Assembly (NCBI GenBank): GCA_963693365.1
Contig: CAVNZM010000010.1
Coordinates: 9,010,554-9,074,553, forward strand
From: Amoebidium appalachense
Lineage: Eukaryota; Protista; Ichthyosporea
Direction: 5' to 3'
Length of the DNA: 64,000 bases
The position numbers and the translations under genes are program-made. The notes beneath the pieces were generated by a model. It made no database searches and was not told the origin of the DNA. It saw only the letters and a list, made by a program, of their open reading frames with translations. Below are positions 60,448-64,000 of this stretch, in pieces (the first letter of the stretch is position 1; each line of letters begins with the position of its first letter).

Positions 60448-60915
60448 GTGTGTGAGCGTGTGTCTGTGTGGGTTTTTGTGGGTGTGTGTAAATGTGCGTG
60501 TGTGTGTACGTGTGTATGTGTGTTCGTGTGTGTGGGTGGGTGGGTTCGTGTGTGTGTGTGTCTGCGCACGCGCGCGTGTGTGTGTGTGTGTGTGTGTGTA
60601 CACGTGTTCGTGCATGTATGTGTGTTTGCGTGTGATGCTCGAGGCGAAAGAGGGATGTTGATTAGCAGCTACATAATGTGCAAGTCAGGCATCTAGCCAC
60701 TTTTGCAGCAACCCCAGAGGTGTTGGTTCACTGCAAAGCCTTAGCAGAAATGACCGGAGGTTGTGTGCACATGTGTGTGCAGGTGGGTGTGTGGGTGTGC
60801 ATGTGGACGTTCATCTGTGTGTGTGCGTGCGGGTGTGTTGGGGTATTGTGTGTGTTTTTGTGCATATGTGAGGGGACAAAGAGGGGGGGGGGGGCATGCA
60901 AGCATTGTGTATGCA

Positions 60916-60966
<51 letters not shown>

Positions 60967-60992
60967 CGCGCGTATGTGCACACGCGCATCTG

Positions 60993-61029
<37 letters not shown>

Positions 61030-62434
61030 CTCTGTATGTGTGCCTATGTGTGCCTGTGTGCATCTTGTATGCAAATATGGTATGTGTCTCTCGGCGTGTG
61101 TGAATTGTGTCGGTCCTTCTCCTTACCAAGCCTGCACGTTTATGCCCTAGTGCCCCATATGCACACACGTGCATATGTGTGAGCCCCTCTCCCCCCCCCC
61201 CCCCCCCCTCTCCAAAAAAAAAAGAAAAAAAAGACCATCACCGCCACACGTCTCAGCCAAGCCAAAAGCACATGCGCGTACCTCGAACAGGCGGTAGAGC
61301 ACGTAGCACAGCAGCACGACGCGGCACAGAAAGAACGTCACAGAGAACAGCAGCGAGTTGTAGAGCGCAGCTGACGAGTCCTTGCCCACCCGGCAGTCCT
61401 TGAAGAAGAAGATCTGTGCCAAGGACTGTAAGTTGCCTGATATGCCTAAAGTGGACACGGGGGGGAGGGGGGGGGTGAATGGGCAAAAGCAATGCCATGC
61501 TGTGTCGAGAGTGTGTGGTACTGGGTATTTGGTGTGTGTGGACACAAATGGGGGTGTTGAGCGTAAGTCTGTGTGTGTGTGAATGTGTATGCGATATGGT
61601 GTATACGGGGAAGGGGGGTTATGGCTGCCCCCCCCCCCCCCAAACAAACGGAAAAAAACACAAAAAAACCACAATTACACACACCTATGTTCAAGTACGT
61701 GAGTAGGGTGTGCATATGTGTATGATTACCAAATGGATGTGTGCGTGTTGCATGTGTGGGTGTGCGCATGGGCACGGGTATGTATGTCGTTTACTGACGC
61801 GGGTGTTGTGCATGTATGTTTGCAGGCGCCGGGGCAGCAGGGGCAGGGGGGGGGTGGGAGGGTATATATGCTTATGCCTGTGCTTGTGTGCCAATCAAGA
61901 GCAAAGGGGGAATGTGGCTGCCTGCAGATGTGCGTATGTCGAGGTGGGAAGGGGGGGGGGTTGTAGACACGTGTATGTAAATGTATGTTACTGGGTTAGA
62001 AGCACGTGTATCTGTATGGTATGCAATCGTGGGGCACACATGTGCAGGTAGTGAGTTTTTGTGAATGGCTGGGTTGATGGGTGGGTGATGTGCAGGCGTG
62101 TATGGATGAGAAATATGCAGACACCGTGTGTGTGTGCAACAGCCTAATGCGTGGTGACAAAAGATCTTGGGCAGCCTACGTGTTGCCTCTCTGTGTCTCA
62201 CTCACTTGCCATTCATGGCATCCCGCCTCTTTCTCTCTTTCTCGTTCTCTATCACACACTCTTTCCTCCCCTCCCCTTCCCCCTTCCCCCCCCCCCCCCC
62301 CCCCCCCCCTTCCCTCCCAAACCACCACCCGGTCCTCTCCCAGATTCCTGCTGCTTCCAAAGCCTCCGTCCCCCCCGGAACCCTCCTCGCCCTCCTCCCC
62401 TCTCCCCCCCCCCCTCCCTCCCCCCTGCGCTCCC

Positions 62435-62487
<53 letters not shown>

Positions 62488-63100
62488 CATTCTCTCGTGC
62501 TGCCGGCCCGTCAGCCATCCCCTCCTCCCCCTCCTCCCCGCCCCCTCCCCCCTCCCCCCTCCACCCCCCCCCCCCACCACCACCACCACCAGCCCTCAAT
62601 ATGACTTGTGTGCCAGCACCACCTACGTTGTTCATAAAGGGTGTAGAGAACTCATTGACCAACATGCACGCCGCCGCCATGCCAAAGCGAGTGTGGGTGA
62701 CGGGAGACACCCCACTGATGCATATGCCCAGCACCATAACGTGGTGGATAATCATGGGCAGGGCAGATAAAATCCCCCCCTCGTTGAATTTCAGCGTGAA
62801 GTACGAATCCACAAACGTGTAGCCCATGAATATGCACGTGGTCTGGGCCACCAGCGGGGTCCAAGTTTCGACGATGTCGGCCCGCAGAGAAGGATCGAGA
62901 AGGGCAACGAAGGCCATGGGTGCCACGATGCATGCGTGCACAGAAGACATGACCCTGAACAGATACGGGGTATGAGAGGCGGTTTTGAGGGGTGGAGTCT
63001 ATGCTTGTGTTTGCGGAATGCTTTCTCTTCCTACCAATTAGGCAGGCTCAAAAAAAAAAAAAAACATGTGTTGGGGAAGGCAGGGAGAGGGCGTGTGTGT

Positions 63101-63131
<31 letters not shown>

Positions 63132-63757
63132 GGGGGGGGGGGGAGGGTACTGCGTGAGACAAATCGACACGGCATTTCGCCTTTGTGCAACATCTAGCTG
63201 TCAAAGCCCTGTCACACCTCACACACCTCTAGCTCCCGTCCCCCTCCCCTGCCCCTCCCCCCCCCTCCCCCACCCACCGTCCCTCCCCACCCACACCCGC
63301 GCACGCACCTGTTTGCCCATAGCCACTTTGCACGTGGAGACAGCTCAGCATATGCCGGGTGTATGTGGGCGGAGAAGCGGTGGGCCACCAGCAGCACGGT
63401 CACAAACACAGCCCCCCACAGGTAGATCTGCGGCAGGTAGGTGGACAGTGTCCCGAAATAAAGCCCTCCGTCTCTGCACACACACGGTCAGTACACAGCC
63501 GCAAAAAATAAAGGAACTCCATAGCAAGTGCCTAATTGGGCTCACAAACACGCAAAGCTTTGTTTTGTGTGCTGGCATCTCCGGATTGATGTCAACATCC
63601 AAATCAATCAACTGCAGGCACGGGCCGGCACGCACCTGGCCACATAGCAGAGAAATCCTGCGCACAGCAGCAAGTAGAAGTTGGCTGCGGCGTCCCACGA
63701 GGGAGGCCACAGCGTGGCCGTAAACGTCACATCGACCCCGTCCTGTGGTTTGCCCAT
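60081..63757 (-). CDS. TLC (TRAM/LAG1/CLN8) domain membrane protein, TLCD4/TMEM56-like
   Basis: Exons 63757-63636, 63473-63309, 62954-62627, 61413-61282 and 60365-60081. TLC motifs [35 protein letters not shown] and LNGFWFSKI. Confidence 0.9.
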
Positions 63758-64000
63758 GGTGCTGCTGTGACTGATGGTGTGAGAGGTGTACGGGTGTGCG
63801 CGTGTGTGATCGTTCTTCTGCACCAGAGAAGGTTTGTATGTTGGTTGTCTATTGCATAAAAAAAACCCACACCATGCACCAATATGCAACCTCAAAGACT
63901 ATATCGTCAGCGCTTTCTCGAACCCAACATTGACAGGTTTTCGCGTTTCTGTGTGGGTGTCGCTCAAACTGACATGGTTATGAAAGGAAGGTGACACTTT

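Overview
Eukaryotic genomic DNA with GT-AG introns extremely rich in (CA)n/(GT)n, (CT)n and poly-C/poly-G tracts. The gene content suggests a unicellular opisthokont or fungus-like organism, but this is inference. Most ORFs in the supplied track are microsatellite artefacts. Host genes reconstructed by hand: a 12-exon multi-pass membrane protein with a PGAP1/Bst1-like C-terminus (1259-8202 +); an intronless signal-peptide/Thr-stalk/GPI-anchor gene split by one in-frame TAA (22997-23680 -); an F-box-TFIIS fusion lacking the catalytic acidic hairpin (24461-28407 +); a degenerate F-box/LRR gene (29939-31092 -); a DUF2015/UPF0357-like gene (34585-37423 +); PDCD2 (38912-42206 -); an EamA/DMT transporter (~43513-57691 +); and a TLC-domain protein (60081-63757 -). 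The 9.5-23 kb region is a nest of mobile DNA: an internally deleted Helitron (PIF1 helicase half, CTTG plus hairpin end, OB-fold-like passenger) containing an apparently intact APE-RT LINE, then a short TIR element and a young non-autonomous LTR element. Two TTAA-flanked fold-back MITEs and several tandem repeats are also present. The most interesting signal is in the LINE. ORF1 and ORF2 are in the same frame, separated by a single TAA, with no in-frame ATG between that stop and the first endonuclease motif. The sequence just after the stop is complementary to the element's own 3' UTR 3.2 kb away. The same 10-nt stop context (CGATGCC-TAA) interrupts the host GPI-anchor gene, making a stop-codon recoding system a candidate.
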